Shown: positions 1 through 9,541 of the stretch, in pieces
Layout of the letters: the number at the start of each line of letters is the position of its first letter
Position numbering within the stretch: the first letter of the stretch is position 1
DNA from: Deltaproteobacteria bacterium
GTDB lineage: Bacteria > Desulfobacterota_D > UBA1144 > Nemesobacterales > CSP1-2
DNA: 64,000 nt
Assembly (NCBI GenBank): GCA_052390235.1
Contig: JBQTHB010000006.1
Span: forward strand, 195,579-259,578
Reading direction: 5' to 3'
Notes under the pieces: model-generated
The model's database searches: none
Told to the model about the DNA's origin: nothing
The model's input: the letters and a program-made list of their open reading frames with translations, nothing else
Program-made: the position numbers and the translations under genes

Positions 1-407
1 CTCGAGCGTACTGTTTCATTGTGGGATTCCTCCAGAGGGGGAGATTTTCCACTATTATAGAACCCAAGCGCAGAATTTGTAAAGGTGATTTTAATTTCCG
101 ATTAAGATTCGGCTAAAACCCGGGATATGGGATTCAGCATAGATACTCGTCATTTTGGGTCATGGTCGGGTATGGCATATCTGGCCTCCGCTCAGTATGA
201 AGGGTCATTCTATTCGAGCGGGAGCGGCTGAGGCTGAGGTTGTGAACTCTTCACGCCTGACACACTGCGAACACCTCATTTCAGTCATTCCGAACTCAGA
301 GAGGAATCTTACTTAAGATCTCTCGCCTCGCTCGAAATGACACAGCGGGGCAGAGCGGCTCGGCGCATGACGATGATTTTATATCGCCATAAACGGACTC
401 ACATAAA

Positions 408-2366
408 TTAATCCTCCGGCACGGCGATTTCATATACGACAAACCCCTGGCTAATCCCCTTTGCCGTGATACTGCCCGCGCACCTCGCAGATACGAAATC
501 CTTCACGCGCTCAAACACAGGCTCGCTTACTAAAATCCCCTCCACTGGGGCGACGCTCTCTAGCCTCTGAGCCAAATTCACATTCGCCCCAATGACCGTA
601 TAATCCATGCGCTTGAGCGACCCCATGTTGCCCACAACGACGTCGCCCGTATTAATTCCGACGCGGATTTTTATCGCAAGCCTCCCCTCGGCTTCCCACC
701 TGCGCCTAAGCCGGCGCGTTTTTTGCTGCATTTCAATGGCGGCTCTGACGGCGCGAAGGGCGTGGTCTGGCTGATGAACCGGATCTCCGAAGAATACCAT
801 CAGTCCGTCGCCGATGAATTTGTCTATCGTCCCCTCGTGTTTGAATACGATTTTTGCCATCTCGTCGAAATATTCGTTTAGCGTAAGCCGTATCTGCTCC
901 GGCTCTTGAGTGGTTGACCACGATGTGAAGCCCGATATGTCGCTGAATAGGACGGTGAGGGATTTTCTCTCGCTCGCCATGAGTTTTTCCGGGGATTTTA
1001 AAATTTTATTCAGCACCCCAGGGGCAAAATAATTCTCGAACATACGCCTCAGATACGCCTTTTCCCGTTCCTCGGCGAGATAGCGGTAGGCGTTCACGGA
1101 AACGAGGGCGAATATAAATCCGAGCGACGGGCGGACGGCGTTTGTGAGGGTGTTCTGATGGAGAAAGAGCCAAACGACCGAGGCGGCAAAGACGACGAAG
1201 AGGAGCAGAGCGCATATTGAAAATCGCGCCGCCCGAAACCTGAGCGCGAATAACACGAGAAACACTATTAAGCCCACATCGGCAAGCGCGCTCCAAGCGG
1301 GTGAAAGCTCGCTTAGGAAATTCTCCGTCAGCACCGTGTTGGCAATATTCGCATGGACGCCGCTCAGGGGATAGGCGTTCTCAAGGGGGATGGGCCCTAT
1401 GTCCCCGGCTCCGGTGGAAACATCTGCAACAATTGCCAAATCCCCCTGCATGACCTCCCGCAGTTCGTCGAGAGCGGCGGCATCTCCCTCGGCCCCCAGG
1501 AGAGCCGAGAAGGAGTAGTGCTTGAAAGAATCGTTCCATGTACCTGCGAAGTTCAGAATCATACGCCCCCTGCCGTCAACGGGAATGGCAACATCCCTCA
1601 CCCCGCCGTCTGGGAATTTCGCTCCCCGAAGGGTAATCCTCCCGCGAGATAGCTCGATACGCTCCGGGGGAACGCCGAGATAATCGCATACCATGCGAAA
1701 TGTCAAGCTCGGCGCGTAGCCGTCTCCATATCGGATGAGAAGGGCAAACCGCCTATAGACTCCGTCTGCGTCGGGATATGCCGTGATGTGTCCGACTCCC
1801 TTGGCAAATTTCGCCAAATCTGGAAAAGTCGGATACGCCCCCTTTGCCGCCAGCATGGATTCGCCGCCGCCAAAATCGCGGGGACGCCAGAGGGTCTCGT
1901 CCATCAGCGCCTGCTCTTGAGGGGATAGCGCAGGGGGAGCAGATACGCCACCATATTCCTCAAGGGCAAGCACAACGGGGAAATAGACCGTCTTGGCGCG
2001 CTCTGTCGCCTCGATAAAATAGGAGTCGCTCTCTTGGGCAGACGGGCGCTGGAACAAAATGTCGTAGGTTATGGTTTCCGCTCCGCCCTTGGAGAGGATG
2101 TCCGTAATACGCCCGTAGAGGGTTCTATCCCAGGGGAATCCCCTGAGTTCCTGAAGGCTTGAGTCGTTGAGGTCAACGTGGGCTATGTGGGGGTAAATCT
2201 CCTGCCTGCCGAATAATTTATAGCGGAGTTGAAAGAGCTGGTCGTTAGTCTGAAGATTCCACACGCTAAAAACGCTTGGCAGAAGGAGAAATAGGAGCGA
2301 CGCAATGAGAAAAGAGCCGGCGACAAGAGCGGCGATGCGGATTTTATAAGCCCTATTTGTGTTCAA
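408..2366 (-). CDS. Membrane-bound class III adenylate/guanylate cyclase with periplasmic CHASE2 sensor domain
   Basis: 652 aa. The layout is N-terminal TM, a ~300 aa extracytoplasmic region, a cluster of TM helices (LIVFLVLFALRF...LLLFVVFAASVVWLFL), then a C-terminal cyclase catalytic domain with the FSDISGFTSWS...FIGDGLMVFFG signature. Its start overlaps the upstream gene by 14 nt. Confidence 0.85.
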   Translation of the reverse strand: MNTNRAYKIRIAALVAGSFLIASLLFLLLPSVFSVWNLQTNDQLFQLRYKLFGRQEIYPHIAHVDLNDSSLQELRGFPWDRTLYGRITDILSKGGAETITYDILFQRPSAQESDSYFIEATERAKTVYFPVVLALEEYGGVSAPPALSPQEQALMDETLWRPRDFGGGESMLAAKGAYPTFPDLAKFAKGVGHITAYPDADGVYRRFALLIRYGDGYAPSLTFRMVCDYLGVPPERIELSRGRITLRGAKFPDGGVRDVAIPVDGRGRMILNFAGTWNDSFKHYSFSALLGAEGDAAALDELREVMQGDLAIVADVSTGAGDIGPIPLENAYPLSGVHANIANTVLTENFLSELSPAWSALADVGLIVFLVLFALRFRAARFSICALLLFVVFAASVVWLFLHQNTLTNAVRPSLGFIFALVSVNAYRYLAEEREKAYLRRMFENYFAPGVLNKILKSPEKLMASERKSLTVLFSDISGFTSWSTTQEPEQIRLTLNEYFDEMAKIVFKHEGTIDKFIGDGLMVFFGDPVHQPDHALRAVRAAIEMQQKTRRLRRRWEAEGRLAIKIRVGINTGDVVVGNMGSLKRMDYTVIGANVNLAQRLESVAPVEGILVSEPVFERVKDFVSARCAGSITAKGISQGFVVYEIAVPED

Positions 2367-3069
2367 TCCTGATAGTCTTACTGAAGAAATTCACTGCCTC
2401 AACCACTGTCGCAAGCGTTTCAATATCGGTCTCGCGAGGGTATGTCGGAATATAGACGTAGCCGTATGAGCCGGCGACCTCTATCGGTTTTTCAGGCTCG
2501 GCGGCAAATTTGCTATTGCGCCGCTTGAGGTCTCTAATCTCGGCAATCAAATCCGCCGAGGCGCGCTCTTTGGCCGATTTAGCGGCGGCGAGGTATTTCT
2601 CGGTCAGCGTCTCAAGACGGCGGAGTCTCTGGGCGGAGGCGAGGAGATAAATTACGGATTTCCCCCCCTTTTGTTGCTTTGGCAATAACCAATCTCCGCC
2701 AGCGGGGATGTAGTATTTCCCTCCGCCGTTGGCGCGGCTTTGATTGAAATCCTCAATTGAAGCGGGAAAAAGTAGCCTCACGTCGTTTTCAGGCTCAGCG
2801 AGATAGGCATAGACGTAGGCGTTTTTAACCGGGCTGATATAGATTTTCAGCACATCGCCCGGATAGAGCGAGTAGTCTTCGGTTATTTGAATTATTTCAC
2901 TGCCGCCCAGAGAGTCCAAACACGCCGCAACAGTCCACCTGAAGCTGAGAGTTGATTCATCATCTGCGGCGGATTGAGAGTCCTCGGCGCGCCCCCCCAC
3001 TCCTAAGGAAACCACCGCAGTCAGCAATAACGCAAGCGGCAATCTCAATTTAGCCCATAGGTTCTGCAT
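2353..3069 (-). CDS. Secreted hypothetical protein, paralog 1 of a tandem pair (possibly DUF4384-like); translationally coupled to the CHASE2 cyclase
   Basis: 238 aa with a signal peptide (LALLLTAVVSLGVGG). It has a beta-rich N-domain carrying a YVYAYL motif. The C-terminal helical tail (RLRRLETLTEKYLAA...ADLIAEIRDLKRRNSKFAAEP...KTIRIEHK) is nearly identical to that of the upstream paralog. Confidence 0.6.
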   Translation of the reverse strand: MQNLWAKLRLPLALLLTAVVSLGVGGRAEDSQSAADDESTLSFRWTVAACLDSLGGSEIIQITEDYSLYPGDVLKIYISPVKNAYVYAYLAEPENDVRLLFPASIEDFNQSRANGGGKYYIPAGGDWLLPKQQKGGKSVIYLLASAQRLRRLETLTEKYLAAAKSAKERASADLIAEIRDLKRRNSKFAAEPEKPIEVAGSYGYVYIPTYPRETDIETLATVVEAVNFFSKTIRIEHK

Positions 3070-3096
3070 CTAGCCAGCCCCCTTTTTTTCAGGCAC

Positions 3097-3765
3097 TTAT
3101 TTGTGTTCTATTCTGATGGTTTTAGAGTAGAAACCCTTAGCGCTCGTCCGAGTGGCGAGTTTCTCAATATCCGCATCCCCGCGGAAACTCCCCGCAATTT
3201 GAACGGGCTTCTGAGGTTCAGCGGCAAATTTACTGTTCCGGCGCTTGAGGTCTCTAATCTCGGCAATCAAATCCGCCGCGGCGCTCTCTTTGGCTGTTTT
3301 AGTTGCGGCGAGGTATTTCTCGGTCAGCGTCTCAAGACGGCGGAGTCTCAGGGCGGAGGCGAGAATATGGAAAGTCTCTTCGCCTGTATTTTGGTCTAAG
3401 GCGAGCCACTCCCCCCCGCTGGGGACGTAGTATTTCTCCCCAAAGGCGTAGCGCTTATCAAAATCACTGAGGGAGCGGGGGAAAAGGAGATGCACGTGCC
3501 GCAGTGAGTCAATCAGATAGATATAGACATAAGAGTTGTCAATGGGATTAACAAAAATTTTGAATAAGTCGCCGGATTTAAGAGACGTATCCCCCACGAT
3601 GGGCAATATCTCATCGCCTTTGGACTCGATTCGCGCCGCTATCGCCCACCGGAAGCTGAGTTCCAAATCCTCAGCCGAAGCTCCCCGCATATCGGTCAGA
3701 GCAAACAGAGAGCCGATAAAGAGGGATGAGCTAAGTAGAAAAATATAGAGTCGCGCTCTCATCAT
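3097..3765 (-). CDS. Secreted hypothetical protein, paralog 2 of the tandem pair
   Basis: The maximal ORF is 3097..3813. The probable start is the MMRAR methionine at 3765, which is preceded by AGGGA and followed by a signal peptide (LYIFLLSSSLFIGSLFA). The C-terminal ~70 aa match paralog 1, with ~92% nt identity between 3217-3363 and 2497-2643. Confidence 0.6.
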   Translation of the reverse strand: MMRARLYIFLLSSSLFIGSLFALTDMRGASAEDLELSFRWAIAARIESKGDEILPIVGDTSLKSGDLFKIFVNPIDNSYVYIYLIDSLRHVHLLFPRSLSDFDKRYAFGEKYYVPSGGEWLALDQNTGEETFHILASALRLRRLETLTEKYLAATKTAKESAAADLIAEIRDLKRRNSKFAAEPQKPVQIAGSFRGDADIEKLATRTSAKGFYSKTIRIEHK

Positions 3766-3896
3766 GGGGCTTGTCCCTATTTTTAAACCGCCGCGCAGGC
3801 AATGAGGTTTCATTTCTCGCCCCCCTATCCCCCGCTAAACGCAAAAAAACCGCGCAGAGGGCATAAGCCGCCCCGCCCTAGATTATTTTCGGGAAC

Positions 3897-4103
3897 TTAA
3901 GATGCGGTTTTGTATTTTCTATTAAACCTCTCCACCCTGCCCCTAGCTTCAGCCGACCTCTCTCTGCCGGTATAGAAGGGGTGGCAATTCGAGCAAATTT
4001 CCACGGAGAAATTCGACGCACGGCTTGACCTCGTCTTGTATGACGCTCCGCAGGCGCAGGATATTACGATGTCATTATACTTAGGATGAATATTGGCTTT
4101 CAT
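3897..4103 (-). CDS. rpmE: 50S ribosomal protein L31
   Basis: 68 aa starting MKANIHPKY, with the C-x-C ... CSNCHPFYTG zinc-ribbon pattern typical of L31. Confidence 0.9.
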   Translation of the reverse strand: MKANIHPKYNDIVISCACGASYKTRSSRASNFSVEICSNCHPFYTGRERSAEARGRVERFNRKYKTAS

Positions 4104-4179
4104 GTTCTGTAAAACCTCCTTAAACAGAGGGGAATTCTACATTGAAAAGTGGATTTGGCAATGCGGGCATCAATTCAAT

Positions 4180-4211
4180 ATAAAAAAGAGAGCGGCAAGC
4201 CCGCCGCCCTC
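4180..4211 (-). terminator. Rho-independent terminator downstream of dnaK
   Basis: Read on the minus strand the sequence is GAGGGCGGC-gggctt-GCCGCTCTC followed by TTTTTTATA. It lies 18 nt after the dnaK stop. Confidence 0.5.
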
Positions 4212-4228
4212 CCGTTCGCATAGCCAAT

Positions 4229-6139
4229 TTATTTCTCTGTAAATTCGGCGTCTATCACGTCGTCGCCGTCCTTGCCGGGTCTCTGCCCCGCGCTGCCGCC
4301 AGAAGCCGGATTCGAGGCATCTTCGCCTGAGCCAGATGTCTGCTTGTACATCATCTCGGCGATTTTGTGCGAGGCTCTGGTAATGCGCTCCATTGCCGCC
4401 TGCACCTCGCCCGCGTCTTCGCCCTTAAGGGCTTTGCGCCCGGATTCAAGCGCGTCTTCGAGTTCCTTTTTATCCTCTTCGGTGAGTCTCTCCTCGAATT
4501 CCTTGAAACTCTTGGAGGTCCTATAAATCAGGTCGTCGAGCTTATTTCTGCTCTCGACAAATTCCCGCCGTTTCTTATCGTCTTCAGCCTGCTCTTCGGC
4601 GTCTGTAACCATTTTATCAATCTGGTCCTTAGAAAGCCCGCTCGAAGCCTCGACCCTGACCTTCTGCTGTTTCTGAGACGCCATATCCTTCGCCCCTACA
4701 TGGAGAATCCCGTCGGCGTCAATATCGAACGACACCTCAACCTGCGGAATCCCTCTCGGCGCGGGCGGCATCCCATCCAATATAAACCTCGCCAGTGTCC
4801 TATTATCGCGCGCCATCTGACGCTCCCCCTGAAGCACGTGAATCTCGACCGAGGTCTGACTGTCTTCGGCTGTGGTAAACACCTGGCTCTTTTTTGTAGG
4901 GATAGTGGTGTTTCTCGTAATGATGGACGTCATAACGCCGCCCAGAGTCTCGATACCGAGCGACAGGGGCGTGACGTCGAGCAGAAGCACGTCTCTGACC
5001 TCGCCCCCCAGCACCGCGCCTTGAATCGCCGCCCCTACGGCTACGACCTCGTCCGGGTTGATGCCCTTTTGCGGCTCTTTCCCGAAGAAATCGGTTACGA
5101 CCTTCTGCACGAGGGGAATTCTCGTAGAGCCGCCGACAAGGACGACCTCGGTAATGCCGCTTGCCTTAAGCGCCGCGTCTTTGAGGGCTTGGCGGCACGG
5201 CTCAAGCGTTCCCATGACTAAATCCTCGACGAGTTGCTCGAATTTCGAGCGCGTGAGTTTCATAATAAGATGCCTCGGCCCAGCGGCGTCAGCCGTGATG
5301 AAGGGCAGGTTTATCTCGGTCTCAAGCGTGGTCGAAAGCTCGCACTTCGCCTTTTCCGACGCCTCGCGCAGACGCTGAAGCGCCATTTTATCCCTCCCAA
5401 GGTCAATTCCCGACTCCTTCTTAAACTCGGCAATTAGGTAGTCCATTATGCGGGCGTCAAAATCGTCTCCGCCCAAGTGCGTGTTTCCGTTCGTGGACTT
5501 CACCTCAATGACGTTGTCGCCAATTTCGAGTACGGAAATGTCGAAAGTCCCTCCGCCAAGGTCATAAACGGCTATCATGCCCTCTTTTTTCTTATCGAAT
5601 CCATAAGCGAGAGCGGCGGCTGTGGGCTCGTTTATGATGCGTTTTACGTTTAGACCCGCAATCTTGCCCGCGTCTTTGGTTGCCTGACGCTGGCTATCGT
5701 TAAAATAGGCAGGAACAGTGATTACGGCTTCTTCAACCTCGCTTCCGAGATAGGTCTCAGCCGCTTTTTTGAGCTTCATTAGAACGTGAGAGGATATTTG
5801 GGGCGGGGAGTACTGCCTGCCAGAGGCTTCGACCCAAGCGTCCCCGTTTGGAGATTTGGCAATTTTATAGGGGAGGCGTTTTGCCTCGTTCTGGACTTCG
5901 TCGCTACGGCGTCCCATGAGCCTCTTTACGGAGAAAATGGTGTTTTCGGGATTCACGACTGACTGCCTCTTAGCGGGGCCCCCGACCAAAATCTCTCCGT
6001 CCTTTGCAAAGGCAACGATGGACGGGGTAATTCTCGAGCCTTCTTCGTTTATCAGCACTTTTGGCTCGCCTCCCTCGACTATGGCTACGACGGAGTTCGT
6101 AGTGCCGAGGTCAATTCCTATTATCTTCTTCGTGGACAT
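4229..6139 (-). CDS. dnaK: Molecular chaperone DnaK (Hsp70)
   Basis: 636 aa. It carries [23 protein letters not shown] and [10 protein letters not shown] motifs and an acidic EEVD-less bacterial C-terminus. Confidence 0.97.
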   Translation of the reverse strand: MSTKKIIGIDLGTTNSVVAIVEGGEPKVLINEEGSRITPSIVAFAKDGEILVGGPAKRQSVVNPENTIFSVKRLMGRRSDEVQNEAKRLPYKIAKSPNGDAWVEASGRQYSPPQISSHVLMKLKKAAETYLGSEVEEAVITVPAYFNDSQRQATKDAGKIAGLNVKRIINEPTAAALAYGFDKKKEGMIAVYDLGGGTFDISVLEIGDNVIEVKSTNGNTHLGGDDFDARIMDYLIAEFKKESGIDLGRDKMALQRLREASEKAKCELSTTLETEINLPFITADAAGPRHLIMKLTRSKFEQLVEDLVMGTLEPCRQALKDAALKASGITEVVLVGGSTRIPLVQKVVTDFFGKEPQKGINPDEVVAVGAAIQGAVLGGEVRDVLLLDVTPLSLGIETLGGVMTSIITRNTTIPTKKSQVFTTAEDSQTSVEIHVLQGERQMARDNRTLARFILDGMPPAPRGIPQVEVSFDIDADGILHVGAKDMASQKQQKVRVEASSGLSKDQIDKMVTDAEEQAEDDKKRREFVESRNKLDDLIYRTSKSFKEFEERLTEEDKKELEDALESGRKALKGEDAGEVQAAMERITRASHKIAEMMYKQTSGSGEDASNPASGGSAGQRPGKDGDDVIDAEFTEK

Positions 6140-6171
6140 CTAAATTATTTCCTCCTGAGATTTATATTAGA

Positions 6172-7032
6172 TTATATATTCGCGCATCTGAGGCGTTTTT
6201 GTATCGAGGCGTTCAATTTGCGCAGAGCCTGAACCTCGATTTGGCGCACCCTCTCTTTGGACACCCCAAGCTCGTCCCCAAGCTCGCCGAGTTTTGCGGG
6301 CGGCTCTAGGAGGTATCTGCTCTCGACGACGTAGCGCTCCTTTGGGGTGAGGCTCTGAAGACCGATTCTGAGTCCTTCCTGAGTTAAGCCGCTCATCTCG
6401 GCGGCGGCTACGACCTCCTCTTGGTTCGCCGAGGTATCGGGGATTAGATCCGCATACTTCGCCGAGGATTCGTCTTCGCCCGTGGAGCTATCGAGTGAGA
6501 AATCGCGCGATGCCGTTCTGATTTCCATGCTCATAACCTCGCGCTCCTTCACGCCGAAGAGGTCTGCGACTCTCTTGAGATTCTCCGCCGAGGCGTCGTC
6601 CCTGTCTATTGCGAGCCGCTTTTTTCCCCTGCCGATTTTATGAAATAGCTTTCTTTGGGCTTGAGTCGTCCCCATCTTCACTACGCTCCAAGAGCGCATG
6701 ATGAAATTATGAATCCGCGCCCGTATCCACCAAACGGCGTAGGAGATGAGCCTGTAGCCTCTGTCGGGATTGAATTTTTTTACCGCCTGCATAAGCCCCA
6801 TCGATCCTTCCTGAAACAAATCGAGTATTTGGAAGCCGTACGAGGCGTATTCGGATGCGATTTTCACGACGAATCTGAGATTGGATACAACGAGCTTCTC
6901 CGCCGCGCCGACATCGCCCTCGGCTCTATACCTTTGGGCAAGTTCTATCTCCTGCTCGCGGGTCAGAAGGGGGTAGCTCTGTATTTGATTTGCAAGAATT
7001 CCAAGCGAATCATTGATGGCAAGTGGTTTCAA
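6172..7032 (-). CDS. rpoH: RNA polymerase sigma-32 factor RpoH
   Basis: 286 aa sigma-70 family protein with regions 2 and 4 and the RpoH box QAQRKLFHKI. It lies 32 bp upstream of dnaK on the same strand. Confidence 0.85.
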   Translation of the reverse strand: MKPLAINDSLGILANQIQSYPLLTREQEIELAQRYRAEGDVGAAEKLVVSNLRFVVKIASEYASYGFQILDLFQEGSMGLMQAVKKFNPDRGYRLISYAVWWIRARIHNFIMRSWSVVKMGTTQAQRKLFHKIGRGKKRLAIDRDDASAENLKRVADLFGVKEREVMSMEIRTASRDFSLDSSTGEDESSAKYADLIPDTSANQEEVVAAAEMSGLTQEGLRIGLQSLTPKERYVVESRYLLEPPAKLGELGDELGVSKERVRQIEVQALRKLNASIQKRLRCANI

Positions 7033-7235
7033 TCTCTGGGCGCCTCCTCAATGCCTGAAGCTAATCATCTTCGGGGAAATGTCAAGCGCATAGGCAGGGG
7101 CGGGAGGCTACATACATTTACCCCTCTAGACGCGCCCAAAATGACGCTTAGAGATTGCGCTACTGAGATATTTGCTATGCCAACCCTATTTAAAATTTCA
7201 CCCTTTCAGAGAGGCGAAATGGCAGGGGAGTGGGG

Positions 7236-8951
7236 TTATCTGCCCAAAATCGAGGCGGCTTCGCGCGGGGCGTTGCCAACTGCTACCTTTTTCAACGCTC
7301 CCCCACGCCTAATCTTTATCTCGACCAAACCTTCTTTGAGCGTTCTCGGCCCCACGTTGACCTGAACGGGGATGCCAATGAGGTCTGCGTCCTTGAATTT
7401 AAACCCCGCGCTCTCGTCTCTGTCGTCTATTATGGCGTCAACCCCAAGCTCAAGGAGCTGCGAGTAAATAGCCTCGGCGGCGGATTTGACCTCGGCATCC
7501 TTCATATTCAGAGGCAGGACGGCAACCTCGAACGGTGAAAGCGCGGGTGGGAATATAATCCCGTTTCCGTCGTAGTTCTGCTCGATGGCGGCGGCGACAG
7601 TCCTCCCGATGCCGATGCCGTAGCATCCCATGATAAATGGTTTCTCCCTGCCGTCCGAATCAACGAACATGGCATTCATAGCGAGGCTGTATTTCGCGCC
7701 GAGCTTAAAGACGTGTCCGACTTCAATGCCCCGGCTTGAGCGCAGACTCCCCCCGGCGCACTTGGTGCAGGAATCCCCGTCCGCGGCGACTCTAATATCG
7801 GCGAATAGGCTGGGATTAAAATCCCTGTTCAAATTGGCGTTTGCGAGGTGGTAATCCCTCCGGTTCGCGCCCACAACTGCATTGGCGAGATTCTTAACCG
7901 AGTTATCGGCGACAATTCTAACCCGAAGCCCGACTGGCCCGCTGAAGCCGGCCGAGCCTGCGCCGCAAATCTCTTCAATGGTCTTTTGCGTGGCAAGCTC
8001 TACGGTGTCCGCGCCAATGGCTTTTCTGAGTTTCGTGAGGCTCAGTTCGTGATTGCCAGACACAAGCGCGACGAGCACCCCGCCTTCGGTCTCGACTATC
8101 ATGGTTTTTATGAGCGACGACGGCTCAATTTTGAGGTAGGACGCCACCTGCTCCACGGTTTTCATCCCAGGGGTGTGAACCTCGCAGATTGCCTCTGGAG
8201 AGTGGGTAGGGGTTGCCTCCTGCGCGTCTTTTATCTCGGCAAGCTCGAGATTGGCGGCGTAGCTGCAGCCTCCACAGCTCATCACAACGTCTTCGCCCGT
8301 TGGGGCAAGCACCATAAACTCGTGAGAGAAATTCCCTCCGATATTGCCCGTGTCGGCAAGCACCGCCCGAAACTCTAGCCCGCAACGCTCGAATATCCTG
8401 TGATAAGCATCGTACATCGCCCAGTAGGATCTGTCCGCGCCCTCATCGGTTGCATCAAAGCTGTAGGCATCTTTCATAACGAATTCCCTCCCCCTCATGA
8501 CGCCGAATCGGGGGCGAATTTCATCTCTGAATTTCGTTTGAATCTGATATAGGTTCACCGGAAGTTGTTTGTAGGAGCGAATCTCCCTGCGGACAACGTC
8601 CGTTATGACCTCTTCGTGCGTAGGCCCAAGGCAGAATTCCCTCTCGGCTCTGTCCTTGAAGCGCAGAAGCTCCCTGCCGTATTTATCCCATCTGCCGCTT
8701 TCCTTCCAGAGTTCCGAGGGCAGAACCCCGGGCATTAGAAGCTCTATCGCGCCGGCGCGGTTCATCTCCTCGCGCACGATATTTTCAAATTTTCTTATCG
8801 AGCGCAGTCCCAAGGGGAGAACGTTATAGACCCCCGCGGCGAGCTTGCGTATCATCCCTGCGCGAACCATGAGTTTGTGGCTTACCACTTCGGCGTCGGC
8901 GGGGTCTTCTTTGAGCGTCGGAATAAAGAATCTGGAGTATCTCATTAGCAC
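7236..8951 (-). CDS. proS: Proline--tRNA ligase (bacterial type with editing domain)
   Basis: 571 aa with the N-terminal pattern MLMRYSRFFIPTLKE...HKLMVRAGMIRK, class II aaRS motifs and an inserted editing domain. Confidence 0.95.
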   Translation of the reverse strand: MLMRYSRFFIPTLKEDPADAEVVSHKLMVRAGMIRKLAAGVYNVLPLGLRSIRKFENIVREEMNRAGAIELLMPGVLPSELWKESGRWDKYGRELLRFKDRAEREFCLGPTHEEVITDVVRREIRSYKQLPVNLYQIQTKFRDEIRPRFGVMRGREFVMKDAYSFDATDEGADRSYWAMYDAYHRIFERCGLEFRAVLADTGNIGGNFSHEFMVLAPTGEDVVMSCGGCSYAANLELAEIKDAQEATPTHSPEAICEVHTPGMKTVEQVASYLKIEPSSLIKTMIVETEGGVLVALVSGNHELSLTKLRKAIGADTVELATQKTIEEICGAGSAGFSGPVGLRVRIVADNSVKNLANAVVGANRRDYHLANANLNRDFNPSLFADIRVAADGDSCTKCAGGSLRSSRGIEVGHVFKLGAKYSLAMNAMFVDSDGREKPFIMGCYGIGIGRTVAAAIEQNYDGNGIIFPPALSPFEVAVLPLNMKDAEVKSAAEAIYSQLLELGVDAIIDDRDESAGFKFKDADLIGIPVQVNVGPRTLKEGLVEIKIRRGGALKKVAVGNAPREAASILGR

Positions 8952-9065
8952 CTCAAGGCGTATAAACTACCGACTCGCCCGCTTAAATTCAATGATAAAT
9001 AGATAAAAACCCCGAATCTAGATATTATATTGCTACAATTAAATTAAAGCTCGGAGGCGGCAGTA

Positions 9066-9536
9066 ATGAAAAACATTTTTGGGCTTATCAGCCTAGTGGC
9101 AATTTTAACCGTTCTGGGTATCGGGGGGATTTCACTATTTTCGCCCTCCAAGTCCGACGCTTCAACAACGGTTGTGGTATATAAAACCTCGACCTGCGGG
9201 TGCTGCAAAAAATGGGTTACGCACCTTGAGAAAAACGGCTTCAAGACCTCCGTGCAAGACCTCGACACCTCATCTCTCAATCAGATTAAGTCCCAGTACG
9301 GAGTCCCCAGCGGACTTGAGTCCTGCCACACGGCTACCGTGGGCGGATACGTAGTTGAGGGACACGTGCCGGCGGACGTCGTGAAACGACTGCTGGAGGA
9401 GCGTCCGAAAGTCGCCGGGATCACTGTTCCCGATATGCCCGTAGGCTCTCCGGGAATGGAAGGGGACTACAGCGAGGCTTACGACATTCTCACGTTCGAT
9501 GCCGAGGGCAGGACGCAGATCTACACGAGCAGATAA
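9066..9536 (+). CDS. Periplasmic DUF411-family metal-binding protein (CopG/Cus-associated family)
   Basis: 156 aa with a signal peptide, a CGCC motif and an H-x-x-x-VGGYVVEGHVP motif. The gene is preceded by a GGAGG ribosome-binding site. Confidence 0.7.
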   Translation: MKNIFGLISLVAILTVLGIGGISLFSPSKSDASTTVVVYKTSTCGCCKKWVTHLEKNGFKTSVQDLDTSSLNQIKSQYGVPSGLESCHTATVGGYVVEGHVPADVVKRLLEERPKVAGITVPDMPVGSPGMEGDYSEAYDILTFDAEGRTQIYTSR

Positions 9537-9541
9537 CCTGT

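Noticed and set aside
1-407. I searched the 3' flank of the cyclase gene, and the other intergenic regions, for tRNA, tmRNA or other structured RNA genes
   Set aside because: I could recognise no cloverleaf-compatible GTTCGA T-loop or CCA-end candidates by eye. No tRNA or rRNA is called, and tRNAscan or Infernal would be needed for certainty.
3814-3896. A possible terminator after rpmE, based on a 7-T run on the minus strand at 3857-3863
   Set aside because: I could only find a 3-4 bp stem (GGC-ttat-GCC / GGGC...GCCC) preceding the T-run, which is too weak to call.
4367-5221. A 284-aa ORF antisense to dnaK
   Set aside because: It is fully embedded antisense in a highly conserved gene. Long antisense ORFs of this kind are typical of high-GC sequence.
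7848-8378. A 176-aa ORF antisense to proS, with similar antisense ORFs in ydeP (11488-12051), polA (14520-15020), rluD (53546-54151), pgeF (54601-55116), bactofilin (49822-50379) and tldD (27254-27778)
   Set aside because: They lie antisense within well-supported conserved genes and have no independent signals. I treat them as high-GC antisense artefacts.
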